Shown here one piece after another: positions 35,525 through 48,700 of a DNA stretch of 64,000 nt. Made by a program: the position numbers and the translations under genes. The stretch covers positions 7,006,001-7,070,000 of the forward strand of contig CATNEN010000003.1 of NCBI GenBank assembly GCA_950097015.1, written 5' to 3'. Below the pieces are notes generated by a model, which saw only the letters and a program-made list of their open reading frames with translations, had not been told where the DNA came from and did not search any database. This stretch comes from Macrostomum hystrix (taxonomy: Eukaryota; Animalia; Platyhelminthes). Every line of letters begins with the position of its first letter. The stretch's first letter is position 1.

Positions 35525-38500
35525 TATCAGCAGCAGCATCACAATCAACCGGCTCGTCCGGCGTCGGCGGCTGCTGCTGAACCGCCGCCGCAGCGACGAA
35601 TCTCCCAGGATGGCGCCGATGTGTTTAAACTGTCCAGCACTTTGGAGGAGAAAAGATTAGAAAATTTTCGGCGCGGTCAGGCCGAGCTGGAGAAGAGGCG
35701 AGAGGCGCTGCAAGAACAAATGCGGGCAATGGAAGAGGCAAGGCTAGCCAAGGAGAGGGCCGAACAGGTAAGACTGTTACAGACTGATACAGACACTAGA
35801 AACAGACTGATACAGACACTAGAAACAGACTGATACAGACACTAGAAACAGACTGATACAGACCCTAGAAACAGACTGATACAGACCCTAGAAACAGACT
35901 GATGCAGACACTAGAAACAGACTGATACAGACCCTAGAAACAGACTGATACAGACACTAGAAACAGACTGATACAGACCCTAGAAACAGACTGATACAGA
36001 CACTAGAAACAGACTGATACAGACCCTAGAAACAGACTGATACAGACCCTAGAAACAGACTGATACAGACACTAGAAACAGACTGATACAGACACTAGAA
36101 ACAGACTGATACAGACCCTAGAAACAGACTGATACAGACCCTAGAAACAGACTGATACAGACCCTAGATACAGACTGACTAATACCTCGTCACCGCGTCT
36201 CAGGAGCGGCAGGAGCAGGCTCGCCTAGCCAAAGAGCGGGCCCGACAGCAGGAGCTGGAGCGTCAGCGTGAGGCTCAACGTGCCCTAGAGGCCGAACGCG
36301 AAGCGGCCAGGCGAAAGGCTGCCGAGGAGCGCGAACGAGCCCGCATGGAATCGGAGCGAGCCAGACTCGAGGCTGTTGAACAGCAGCGAGCTGCCGCGGC
36401 CACCCATCGGCTAGCCCAGGAGCAGGATCTGCTGGCTCAGGCCGAACAGAGGGAGGCAAATTTTCGTCAGGAATTAGAGAATCTAACTGAGAAGGGTCGA
36501 GAATGCCAGCTCAGAGCTGAGAAGCATCGCGGCGAGATTGAATCGCATAAAGCCGATATTGAAGCGATGCGAGTGCGACGAGATCAATTATTGGCCGATA
36601 TTGCCGCTAAACAGGTGCGAGTCCAGACAGTCTTATTTCGATACATATCGGATGAAAAAAGTTTTCGATACATATCGGATAAAAATAGTTTTCGATACAT
36701 ATCGGATGAAAAATAGTTTTCGATACATATCAGATGAAGTTTTTTCGATACATATAGGACGAAAGCTAGTTTCAGTACAAATCGGAAAAAAAATTTATGT
36801 ATATTTATTTATGCTAGATCATTATATTACAATTGGGAAGGAAGCTTGTAGCCACTTAGTCGATACTCGTACTTCGCACTTCTGAAGGAAAGGTTAAGAG
36901 TTTGAATCTTAGCCAGGAGAGCAATTCGTGTCCTTGAGCGTATAACTTCAATTCTTTTGTTAGCCCACTCGGCTGTTTGGGTACCAGCATCAGCTGGTGT
37001 AGGGGGTCTGTGGCAGTATAGTATAACGCGTTTGCCTCTCGCACCAAGGTCCCTGAGCTCGATTCCGCGGCGAGGCCACATTCATTTGGGGCGCAGCCGC
37101 GGAGAGAAGGCTTGAAGGCTTGTTGTGCTTGTTGTGCCTTGAGGGCCAACCTCCAAGGCACAGTGAAAGGCACACTGCCTGACGATAAGAAAGTCAGGGC
37201 AGATGTACACACCTGTGTGATCGTGGGCCTGCGTACAGCATCTGTATGAGTGTGTTCTCAGGAGTCAGCGAAATGTGCAGAATTGCCTCCTCGCTGGCTG
37301 CGGGTCTAGTGTCACCAAATGATGTGCCATTGCGTAAACATTTCTTCCTTCAGGCCGATCTGGAGACCAAACGAGCCGCTGTCGAAGCCATTCAGCGCGC
37401 TAAAGAGGAGCTCTCATTGAAGCTGTTACAAAGCGATCCGTTGGATGAGCAGCGAAAAACTCTCGAAGCCAACATTGCCACCAAGCGAAAGGACATGGCC
37501 GAAGCTAAGTCCAAGTTAGTGCTGGAAATATTCATTTCCTAATAAACTACGAGTATATGCTCAAATTGAGACTTAAATTTCAATGGGTGAGGTTGCAAGA
37601 CTGGTATTACAAGGTGTGATACAAGGGCTGGTATTACAATGCCCATTCTGACAGTGAGATTCCAGGAATGCCCATTCTGACAGTGAGATTCCGGGAATGC
37701 CCATTCTGACAGTGAGATTCCAGGAATGCCCATTCTGACAGTGAGATTCCAGGAATGCCCATTCTGACAGTGAGATTCCAGGAATGCCCATTCTGACAGT
37801 GAGATTCCAGGAATTCCCATTCTGACACTGAGATTCCAGGAATGCCCATTTTGACACTGAGATTCCAGGAATTCCCATTCTGACACTGAGATTCCAGGAA
37901 TGCCCATTTTGACACTGAGATTCCAGAAATGTCCATTCTGACAGTGAGATTCCAGGAATGCCCATTCTGACAGTGAGATTCCAGGAATGTCCATTCTGAC
38001 AGTGAGATTCCAGGAATGCCAATTCTGACAGTGAGATTCCAGGAATGCCCATTCTGACAGTGAGATTCCAGGAATGCCCATTCTGACAGTGAGATTCCAG
38101 GAATGCCAATTCTGACAGTGAGATTCCAGGAAGGCCCATTCTGACAGTGAGATTCCAGGAATTCCCATTCTGACACTGAGATTCCAGGAATGCCCATTTT
38201 GACACTGAGATTCCAGAAATGTCCATTCTGACAGTGAGATTCCAGGAATGCCCATTCTGACAGTGAGATTCCAGGAATGTCCATTCTGACAGTGAGATTC
38301 CAGGAATGCCAATTCTGACAGTGAGATTCCAGAAATGTCCATTCTGACAGTGAGATTCCAGGAATTCCCATTCTGACACTGAGATTCCAGGAATGCCCAT
38401 TTTGACACTGAGATTCCAGAAATGTCCATTCTGACAGTGAGATTCCAGGAATGCCCATTCTGACAGTGAGATTCCAGGAATGTCCATTCTGACAGTGAGA

Positions 38501-39728
38501 TTCCAGGAATGCCCATTCTGACAGTGAGATTCCAGGAATGCCCATTCTGACAGTGAGATTCCAGGAATGTCCATTCTGACAGTGAGATTCCAGGAATGCC
38601 CATTCTGACAGTGAGATTCCAGGAATGCCAATTCTGACAGTGAGATTCCAGGAAGGCCCATTCTGACAGTGAGATTCCAGGAATTCCCATTCTGACACTG
38701 AGATTCCAGGAATGCCCATTTTGACACTGAGATTCCAGAAATGTCCATTCTGACAGTGAGATTCCAGGAATGCCCATTCTGACAGTGAGATTCCAGGAAT
38801 GTCCATTCTGACAGTGAGATTCCAGGAATGCCAATTCTGACAGTGAGATTCCAGAAATGTCCATTCTGACAGTGAGATTCCAGGAATTCCCCTTCTGACA
38901 CTGAGATTCCAGGAATGCCCATTTTGACACTGAGATTCCAGAAATGTCCATTCTGACAGTGAGATTCCAGGAATGCCCATTCTGACAGTGAGATTCCAGG
39001 AATGTCCATTCTGACAGTGAGATTCCAGCAATGCCCATTCTGACAGTGAGATTCCAGCAATGCCCATTCTGACAGTGAGATTCCAGGAATGCCCATTCTG
39101 ACAGTGAGATTCCAGGAATGTCCATTCTGACAGTGAGATTCCAGGAATGCCCATTCTGACAGTGAGATTCCAGGAATGCCCATTCTGACAGTGAGATTCC
39201 AGGAATGCCCATTCTGACAGTGAGATTCCAGGAATGCCCATTCTGACAGTGAGATTCCAGGAATGTCCATTCTGACAGTGAGATTCCAGGAATGCCAATT
39301 CTGACAGTGAGATTCCAGAAATGTCCATTCTGACAGTGAGATTCCAGGAATTCCCCTTCTGACACTGAGATTCTAGGAATGCCCATTCTGACAGTGAGAT
39401 TACAGCAATGCCCATTCTGACAGTGAGATTACAGCAATGCCCATTCTGACAGTGAGATTACAGCAATGCCCATTCTGACAGTGAGATTCTAGGAATGCCC
39501 ATTCTGACAGTGAGATTCCAGGATTGCCCATTGCTATCATGCTAGTCTCTCCAGCTTTGCCCTTCTCCAGATCCACCGAGGCGGAGAAGGCTCTAAATAA
39601 GCAAGGCGAAGAGCTGGCCAACACTCGCAACAAAATTCTACGCAGCCGCGCAGAAGCTGACAAGATTCGCGCCGAAATCGCTAAAGTCAAGGCTCGCCTG
39701 CAGTTGGAACAGCAGCAGCTGAAGCGAA

Positions 39729-39759
<31 letters not shown>

Positions 39760-42700
39760 CAAGCCGGCCCTGCCTGAGGTTCCGAAGTCGTCTGTTCCAA
39801 AGCCAGATTTTCCATCTAACAATCTCTTTGAAACTGACAACGATTTCTTTTCGTCGACATCGTCGCCTTGGCCGCCGCCGTCGTCAGCGACGACATCAAA
39901 GCCAACGTCGGCCGCCGTTGACAATGACTTCGGCGGCGCCGATCTCAATTGGGGCTTCGCCCAACAGGCCCAGCCGGAGCTGCCAGTCCAGCAGCAGAAG
40001 AAACCTCAAGGAGGCGTTCCTTCTAGAAGTCTGGATGATGAGATTGAAGCCGAGAAATCTAGTCAGGATCGGCGCAATTGGGAAGCGTTTAGTGCGGCTT
40101 TTGGCGGCTTGAAACCCGGCCCAGCTCAGGCCACGAGTAACGCCGCCTCCGAGCCAGTTTACGACGATATTAAAACGTCTTACAGGGTATTATACGACTT
40201 TCAGGGCAGTAGACACGACGAGATGTCTGTGCGAATCGGCGAATTACTTACAGTCGGAGCTGCAGAACAGACTGGCGTTGAGGCCAGCTGGCTGTTTGCC
40301 AGGTGTGTATTCTTGGTTGATAACTGTGCTCAAATTACTACTAGTGTGCTCAAAATACTACTTCTGTGCTTGAAATACTACACCTGTGCTAAAAGTACTG
40401 GTGTGTGCTAAAAATACTACTCGAGTGCTTGAAATACTACTCGTGTGCTTAAAATACTACTCGTGTGCTTAAAATGCTACTCGTGTGCTTAAAATACTAC
40501 GCGTGTGCTTAAAATACTCCTCGTGTGCTTGAAATACTACTCGAGTGCTTGAAATACTACTCGTGTGCTTAAAATACTACTCGTTTGCTTAAAATACTAC
40601 TCGCGTGCTTAAAATACTACTCGCGTGCTTAAAATACTACTCGCGTGCTTAAAATACTACTCGTGTGCTTAAAATACAACGCGATTGATTTAAATACTAC
40701 TCGTGTGCTTTAAATACTACTCGTTTGCTTAAAATACTACTCGTGTGCTTAAAATGCTACTCGTGTGCTTAAAATACAACGCGTTTGTTAAAATACTACT
40801 CTTGTGCTTAAAATACTACTCGTGTGCTTAAAATACTATTCGTGTGCTTAAAATACTATTCGTGTGCTTAAAATACTATTAGTGTGCTTAAAATACTACG
40901 AGTATCTCGTACTAGTGTCCTTTAAATACTACTCGTGTACTTATATAAAACTATCGAAGTACTTAAATTAGTACTTGTGTACTTATGATGATTATCATGC
41001 ACTGAAAATTACTACTGGGTAGCTTGAAATACTACTAATGTGCCAAAAATAGCTACCTGTTAAAATAGACACTGCTCTTAATTGGTAAATTACTGCTTTG
41101 CTCAAAGTAGACGACTTCTAAACTCAATCGACCAACCAATTAGGAAGAATATCATCTACAGATTATTCTCCCCATTAGATGCGGATCCCAGCGCTATGGC
41201 CTCGTGCCTAAAAATTACGTCGCCGAGGAGGGCACAGCCGAAGCCGCCGCCGCGGCCGCCATCGCCTCCTCGGAGCCCTACGACAAGCTGCCGTCGGACA
41301 TTCTAGATCACCAGCCGGCGTTGCCGTCCGCCTTCCCGCCGGGCGGTTACGACGAGACCTCTAGCGCCTTCTCCAAGGTCACTAAACTGTCTTCCGCCTA
41401 CACAGCGGTGGCCACAGCGGAACATCACGCCGCTAGTCCCTCGGAGCTAAACCTCACCGTTGGCAGCGAAGTCAGCGTCAGTATGCGCAAAGACAATTGG
41501 CTGTTTGGCCGTACAATCGAAGGCTTGTCTGAAGGCTGGTTTCCCGCAGATTGCGTCATTGAACAGACCGACTACGTCAATGTACCGGTGTTTGCTCCGC
41601 CTAGTAATCAGCAACCGCAGCAGCAGCAGAAAGTTGTAGTCTCATTGTATCGATTCGATAGCGGCACTCCGGGCGACTTAAATTTCGGCGTCGCCGAAGA
41701 GATTGTTGTCACTAGCGACTGCCTTGGCGACTGGTGGGAGGGCTATCTGAAGCGCGATCCGGCCCTGCGAGGAATTTTCCCAGCCAATTTTGTCACGGAT
41801 CAGTCGGCTGCTGCTGCTGCTGACGGTTAGTGGAAATAAGCATGATGAGTACATAGGGAAGACTGAAAACTAAAGAGTCAGATCGGGCCCCTCAGGTTAA
41901 AATTGTGACCTACTTCAGGTCCCTTTAGGCTAAAATTGTGACCTACTTCAGGTTCTTCAGGTTAAAATTGTGACTTTCTTCAGGTGCCTCAGGTAAAAAC
42001 AGTGACCTACTTCAGGTCCTTCAGGTTAAAATACTGACCCACTTCAGGTCCTTCAGATTAAAATACTGACCCACTTCAGGTCCCTCAGGTTAAAATGGTG
42101 ACCCACTTCAGGTCCTTCAGGTTAAAATAGTGACCTACTTCAGGTCCTTCAGGTTAAAATAGTGACCTACTTCAGGTCCTTCAGGTTAAAATAGTGACCT
42201 ACTTGAGGGTCCAAGATTCTAGTTTGTACTTTTATTCGACAATTCCCGCAGGCTCCGCTTCTGTCGCAGCACCAGCTGCCTCCGTCGCCTCCTCCGCCGC
42301 AGTCAACGATCCATTCGGCGACGCGTCCTCTTCAGCAGCTTTTGCTGATCCGTTTGCTGACAGCACAGCTTCTTCAGCGTCGGCGGCGGCTAACGCATTC
42401 GACTCGGCCCCGTCGATATTTGATCAGCCTCAGCAACAGCAGCAGGAGATTGCCATAGCAACGGCTCCATTCGAAGCCGGCGGAGAAGGTCAATTATCGT
42501 TGAAGATTGGCACCAGAATTCTAGTTAAAAAGAAGCCAGCCAGCGGTTGGTGGAACGGCGAAGTTGTTGAAAATGGTGTCAAACGAGTCGGCTGGTTCCC
42601 GGCCTCCTATACTAAACTAGAACAATCTAGCCAGGAGGCCTCAACTAGCCAGAATCAACAGCAGCGACCGTCGTCTAGGCAGAGTGTGCATTCGAATCAA

Positions 42701-45700
42701 TCCATGCCAACTGCAACAGTCAGCATTGCCAGTCTAGCGGCTTCTAAGAAAACTTCAACAACCGACCCGTCGCCAGCCGCCTCCGCAGCTGTATCGGCTT
42801 CTACCCCGAATCTGTTTGCGGCCGCCAATGCTTCGTCTGTCGGTGTGGCCAAGAAGTCTGCCACTCCTACTGTTATCATGCAGCAGCAGCAGCAGCAGCT
42901 ACTGGCTTCATCTACCAGCGATGATGCCCTAGCTAATAGTTCTAAATCTGTGGAACGCGTCGTGGCCAAATATCGCTATCAGGCTAGAAATGACGACGAA
43001 TTGACATTCGAGAAGGGAACTATTATTACGGTGAGTTGATTTTATAAAAAATTTTCTTCTATACTACTAATTTGGTTTGTTTAGAATTTTTGTAAATTCT
43101 CTTTTGCGTAATGATTATAGTTCATAGTTTTGCAACTAATGCTCTGTATTTATTTCTTAATGGTTTATTGCTGTGGTATTATGGCTATTTGAGGATGTGA
43201 TTTAAGTGTGCAGTTTTTGTTACCTCTGAAAAAAGTGAGACTTTGAACCTTTTATAGGTTTTTCCGGTCAAGTGGCAGACTAGCCTACTCTAGTGCAAAT
43301 AACGCAGTTCAAGTGCGACATATTCAAGTCAAGTGGCAACAAGCCGAATCAAGTTGCAAATTGTCTATTCAGAGTTACCAAAAGAGCAAGTCAAGTGCAA
43401 CATAGTCAATTCAAGAAGCAACTCATTCGTTTCTATGTGCATTTCTCTTCTGCCCTCTTCTCTTCTCATTTCTCTTCTCTACTGTAACGAACAGAAGGGT
43501 GCGAATTGGTCACCATCACATCAAAATGTCGTCACCACGGATGCCGGCATGTAGCGCTGGACGCGCTGAAACCAACGTGGTACCATTTGAGGCTGAATCG
43601 CAGCAGTGGCCACCTCGGCGAAACCTGCCAGCTGCGCCATTCGCTCTGGATGAGGCATCTGCAGCAGGGCAGGGCGAGCTTCCTCGAGATGTCGCTTCAA
43701 TGCTGCCTTGTAGCAGCTGATTGCATTCTCCACTATGTTGAGCATAGGAGAATATGGTGGCAGAGCACGAATTGTTTGCTGATGCAGCAGTTGCGGTCCA
43801 TTCGCTCCGAGGGCTCCGCGATGCGCAGGGGCATTGTCACAAATGAGTGCGGCGTCTGGCATGCCATGAGCCGAAACTTGAAGCAGAAAGGCACGAAACA
43901 TGGCATCATTCATTCCGCCCTCCATCATCTCGTGGTGCAGGAGTCCCCTGACTGAAGAAACAGCGAAGCAGATGGTGACATTTCTTCCTCGCTGAGCACC
44001 AACTACTCGCACAGCTCGATGTCCCCTTAGAGCTCTTCCTCTGGTTCGCGAGCAGAAACGGTTGACTCCGGCCTCATCAATGAAGATCAACTCGCCGCGC
44101 TGAATGCCATCATTCATAAGCCAGTCGGCAAACTCACGTCGGAGATGCTTCGTGCCCTCAGAGTTGCGCTCGGCCGGCGAATCTTCCAGCTTTTTTACGG
44201 TGATGAGCCTCGCTTGCAGCGCATTCGCAATCGTTGTCTTTCCAACCACCGGCTTTTGAGGAAGTCGGAGGTGCAGTTCGCGTCGAATCTGATCTAGCGT
44301 AAAAGCAGGCTGATCCTCTACAATCTGCTGCAGAGTGGCACGCATGTCATTGTCCATCTTCCGAGTTCGAAAGCCTCCCCATCTGTTTGGTCTTGGCGGC
44401 TGCTGGCTTCTTCTGACGATTGAATAAGCACTTTTCTCTCTGTCGTCGTCATTGCGCAACAGTGGGGGTATATAGAGAAGCGCTCTGATTGGCTAATTTG
44501 CACTTGAACTGGCGTTTGCACTTGACTTGGCTATTTTGGCAGATAAACTGACTTTCATGCACTATGTGGCACTGGAGTAGGCTAGTCTGCTACTTGACCG
44601 GAAAAACCTATATATATTATGAAGGTGAGATTTTGAATCCGTCTATATTGGGATGAGACTTTTAACCTGTGATATTGAAGTTTTGAGTTGAGATTTTTTC
44701 GACTGTGGAGATTTTAAAGTCGCCTTTTCAACGGGATTGTAGCCTTGTAGTTAGAGCGTCGGACTCATGACTTAAAGGTCGGGGGTTCGTTTCCAGACTC
44801 CACTGGTGAAATTTGTGTTATTTGGCTATGCACTAAACTCCGCATTGCTTCAGTTCACCCAGCTGTTAAATGGGCACCAGCATTAGCTGGGGTCATTGAG
44901 GGTGGGTGTGGCGTACCCTGTCAGCACTTAAGCAGTTTTTGTGTTTCAACCCCAGTTTTTATCATTAAATCGATTTACTTAATTAATCATTGATTATTTT
45001 CAGGTGTGTGTTTTCGATCGCTTAATATTCATTTGAACTTCTAGAAGTACATAATATTTGTCTTTCACAGCCAGTCAAGAAACATATTTGCTTACAATTC
45101 GATTTGTTAATGAATATATCGTTGATTCTACGAGTATTTACTTTCTTAATATGTTTTAAATACTTTTTCATTGCAGGACTAGAGGCTTAAGTCTGGCGTT
45201 TTTTAAATAAACTACAATTGAAAGACTGTAGTTGATTAAAACAATTAACCTATTTTTACACTATTCTTGATTTTATAGAACTTGAAGATTTTAATTGGAA
45301 AATTTAAATTTTTAAAGAGCATGTAGTTTACTGTGAGTAGTTTGGTGAATTTATAGATTTATTTAAATGCTAATTTTATTCCAGTATTCTAATTTTGGCC
45401 TTAGACAAGCATGGTCTGTGGCTTTTAAATTGAGCAAATGAAAGCAGTTTTGATTTTTCTCTTATAGCGTTGTCAATAACCTGTTTTGTTTATTGAAGGT
45501 TCTATTTTTCCATAAAAGCTACTTCAGATTTTTTCTATTTCGCTACATATCGGCTAAGTCGAAGTTGGGAAAACTTTAGCATCCTTGAAGAAATTATGAA
45601 GTTTTTCCACAAAAATTTATCGAGATATCATGATTTCTTTTACAACACGTTTGATAAAGGAATATAAAATTATCTAATTCATTGATTCGTAATATAATAC

Positions 45701-48700
45701 CAGTGTGACTGGCTGTGTTAGACATTTATGTTTTTGATTTGTCATTTTTATTTTGTAATAGACGGAACTTGAAGTTTCCAGGAAATCACATTGGAAATTA
45801 GTTTGAAATCTTCAAAAGTATTGGGAAGCAGCATTAAATTCAATACCGCTTTTCTTACATTCGTTTGCGTATGTCACTACTGAAAATGTTATTTAAGTAG
45901 GAAGCATTGAATATAATTATTTAAAGTTTATTGCATGAAATCAATATATGCGCATATTTAGGAAATTAATTAACAAGTGAAAGTGAAGATTTAAAATTAT
46001 TTTAAGATAACAGATTTGGAATTATTAAGAGATGACAGATTCCGGACAATCAACTGAAGGGAGATTTCCGTTAATGAAGAGAGGGGATCGAGATTTAGGT
46101 TAATAAAATAAGTGGAGATTTCGATAATTAAGAGAATTATAGAAAAAAGAGAAGCATGTTTAATTGTTATAAAATCAATGGTAAGTAATAAATATGCCCT
46201 GTTACTAGCTGGTCTATTTGTAGTGTTTACTAATGATTAAATTATTCAGATCTATTTGTGTTTCTCTTCCCCAGGTAATCTCAAAGGATGAGCCAGATTG
46301 GCACAGAGGTAGAACTCCAAGTCTTCGCGAAGGCCTATTCCCTGTGAATTACGTGGAGCCGTTGCCACAGCAGGGGCCAAGTAGGCAGATGGTTGTTAAC
46401 GAGCTGACTAACACCGAGAACGCCTACTACAATGATCTCATGGAGGTGTGGAATAAGTTTCATAAGCCTCTGTCTGAGTCTGGCCTACTAACCCATGAAC
46501 AATTGGATGCCATCTTTCTCAACTGGGTGGATCTCATGAACTGCTCTTATAGCCTGCTCATGGCCTTGAAGGTAAGATATGTTTTTGCGTTAGTCACTTT
46601 GTACTTAAGATTATCGTAGCTATGTACCTCGGATTTAACGTAGCTATGTACCTTGGATTATCGTAGCTATGTACCTCGGATTTAACGTAGCTATGTACCT
46701 TGGATTATCGTAGCTATGTACCTCGGATTTAACGTAGCTATGTACCTAGGATTATCGTTGCTATGTACCTTGGATTATCGTAGCTATGTACCTCGGATTT
46801 AACGTAGCTATGTACCTAGGATTATCGTAGCTATGTACCTCGGATTTAACGTAGCTATGTACCTAGGATTATCGTAGCTATGTACCTCGGATTTAACGTA
46901 GCTATGTACCTTGGATTATCGTAGCTATGTACCTTGGATTATCGTAGCTATGTACCTTGGATTATCGTAGCTATGTACCTCGGATTTAACGTAGCTATGT
47001 ACCTAGGGTTATCGTAGCTATGTACCTCGGATTTAACGTAGCTATGTACCTTGGATTATCGTAGCTATGTACCTTGGATTATCGTAGCTATGTACCTTGG
47101 ATTATCGTAGCTATGTACCTCGGATTTAACGTAGCTATGTACCTAGGATTATCGTAGCTATGTACCTCGGATTTAACGTAGCTATGTACCTAGGATTATT
47201 ACAGCTATGTACCTGTAGGATTATCGTAGCTTTGTACCTTGGAATATCGTTGCTATGTACCTTGGATTATCGTAGCAATGTACCTAGGATTATCGTAGCT
47301 ATTTACCTCGGATTTAACGTAGCTTTGTACCTAGGATTATCGTTGCTATGTACCTTGGATTATCGTTGCTATGTAACTTGGATTATCGTAGCTATGCACC
47401 TAGGATTATCGTAGCTATTTACCTCGGATTTAACGTAGCTTTGTACCTAGGATTATCGTTGCTATGTACCTTGGATTATCGTTGCTATGTAACTTGGATT
47501 ATCGTAGCTATGTACCTAGGATTATCTTTGCTTTGTAACTAGGATTACCCGCCTGGATATTTGGTCCGATATTTTGTCCGAAGTCTCTTCCGTATTTTCA
47601 TCCGGCACGCAATGTATTTTTGCCGTTTAAAATGCCGGATGAATCCGGCAGAAAAGTTAACATTCCGGACGAAAACGTGAAAAAAAGAGCAGAAAAAGGC
47701 CCTTCATCCGGAACCGGTTCCCGTATTTTTCCAGAAAGTTGTCCGGCGCTTACCCGGATGAACTCTGGACAAAAATACGGATATGTTTTCGGATCATACT
47801 GGATGAAGTGGCCTATGTCGTTCTCTGGCTACCAACTTAGCTATAACTTAACTTAACTATAACTTAACTTATAAGTGTATACACTTCAGATTATGTAATA
47901 CATTGGCACTACAGGACTTTGTGAAATGTTCGTAATAAGTAACCATAAAAGACAGCCCTGTTGTAATTAGCAACCAAGAAAGCAGAAGTCGACTGTCTTC
48001 TTTATATATTTGGAAAAGAACGTGTTTGCCGAAAATTGGCGTAAATATGACGTATTATATGTTATCTGCAGATATGCAGTCATGAGTATATTTTAAATTG
48101 CATAAAAAGTAATTAAGTTTTTTGAGAAAAAAGTTTACGTAAAATCAGAAGCATAAAAATAGGGAAGCAAAACAATTTTGTAGCGACCGGTCAACCATAA
48201 AACAACAAAACGAAACAACCAAACAAACGATTCTTGGTCCACGAACAACGAAATGCTCATGCAATCCAACCATCGCTCAACTGCACCCAGCCAACTGATT
48301 TCTGGCGCTCAACTGCACCCAGCCAACTGAATTCTGGCGCTCAACTGCACCCAGCCAACTGAATTCTGGCGCTCAACTGCAACCAGCCACAGTTCACAGT
48401 TTTCTGTTCTCCGCGGTAGCCTATTATGTCTACTGTGAATTTATTCCAGCTAAATCTATTCGAACACGGACGATGGCGGGCGGCTGTGCTCGTACAATTC
48501 CTTCAGGTATTGGTCTGCTTCCCTGAGGGCCATCTCCGCCCGCATCAGCGCTGCTGCGCATTTGTCTCGCAACTCGGCCTTCACCGCGGACTCCTGCTCC
48601 CCATCCGCACCCTCACCGTCGGCCGTCTCAAAAGGAGGATTCGATTCCTGAGTTTCCGTCGGCTCAGGAGGCGGAGTCGGCTGACCAGCCGGAAACAGGG

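Noticed and set aside
37539-39415. Three 565-615 aa minus-strand ORFs
   Set aside because: Translations of a stop-free 29-bp array in all three frames inside intersectin intron 5; not genes.
43499-43955. Plus-strand ORFs within the Tc1/IS630 element
   Set aside because: Antisense shadows of the GC-rich transposase ORF.
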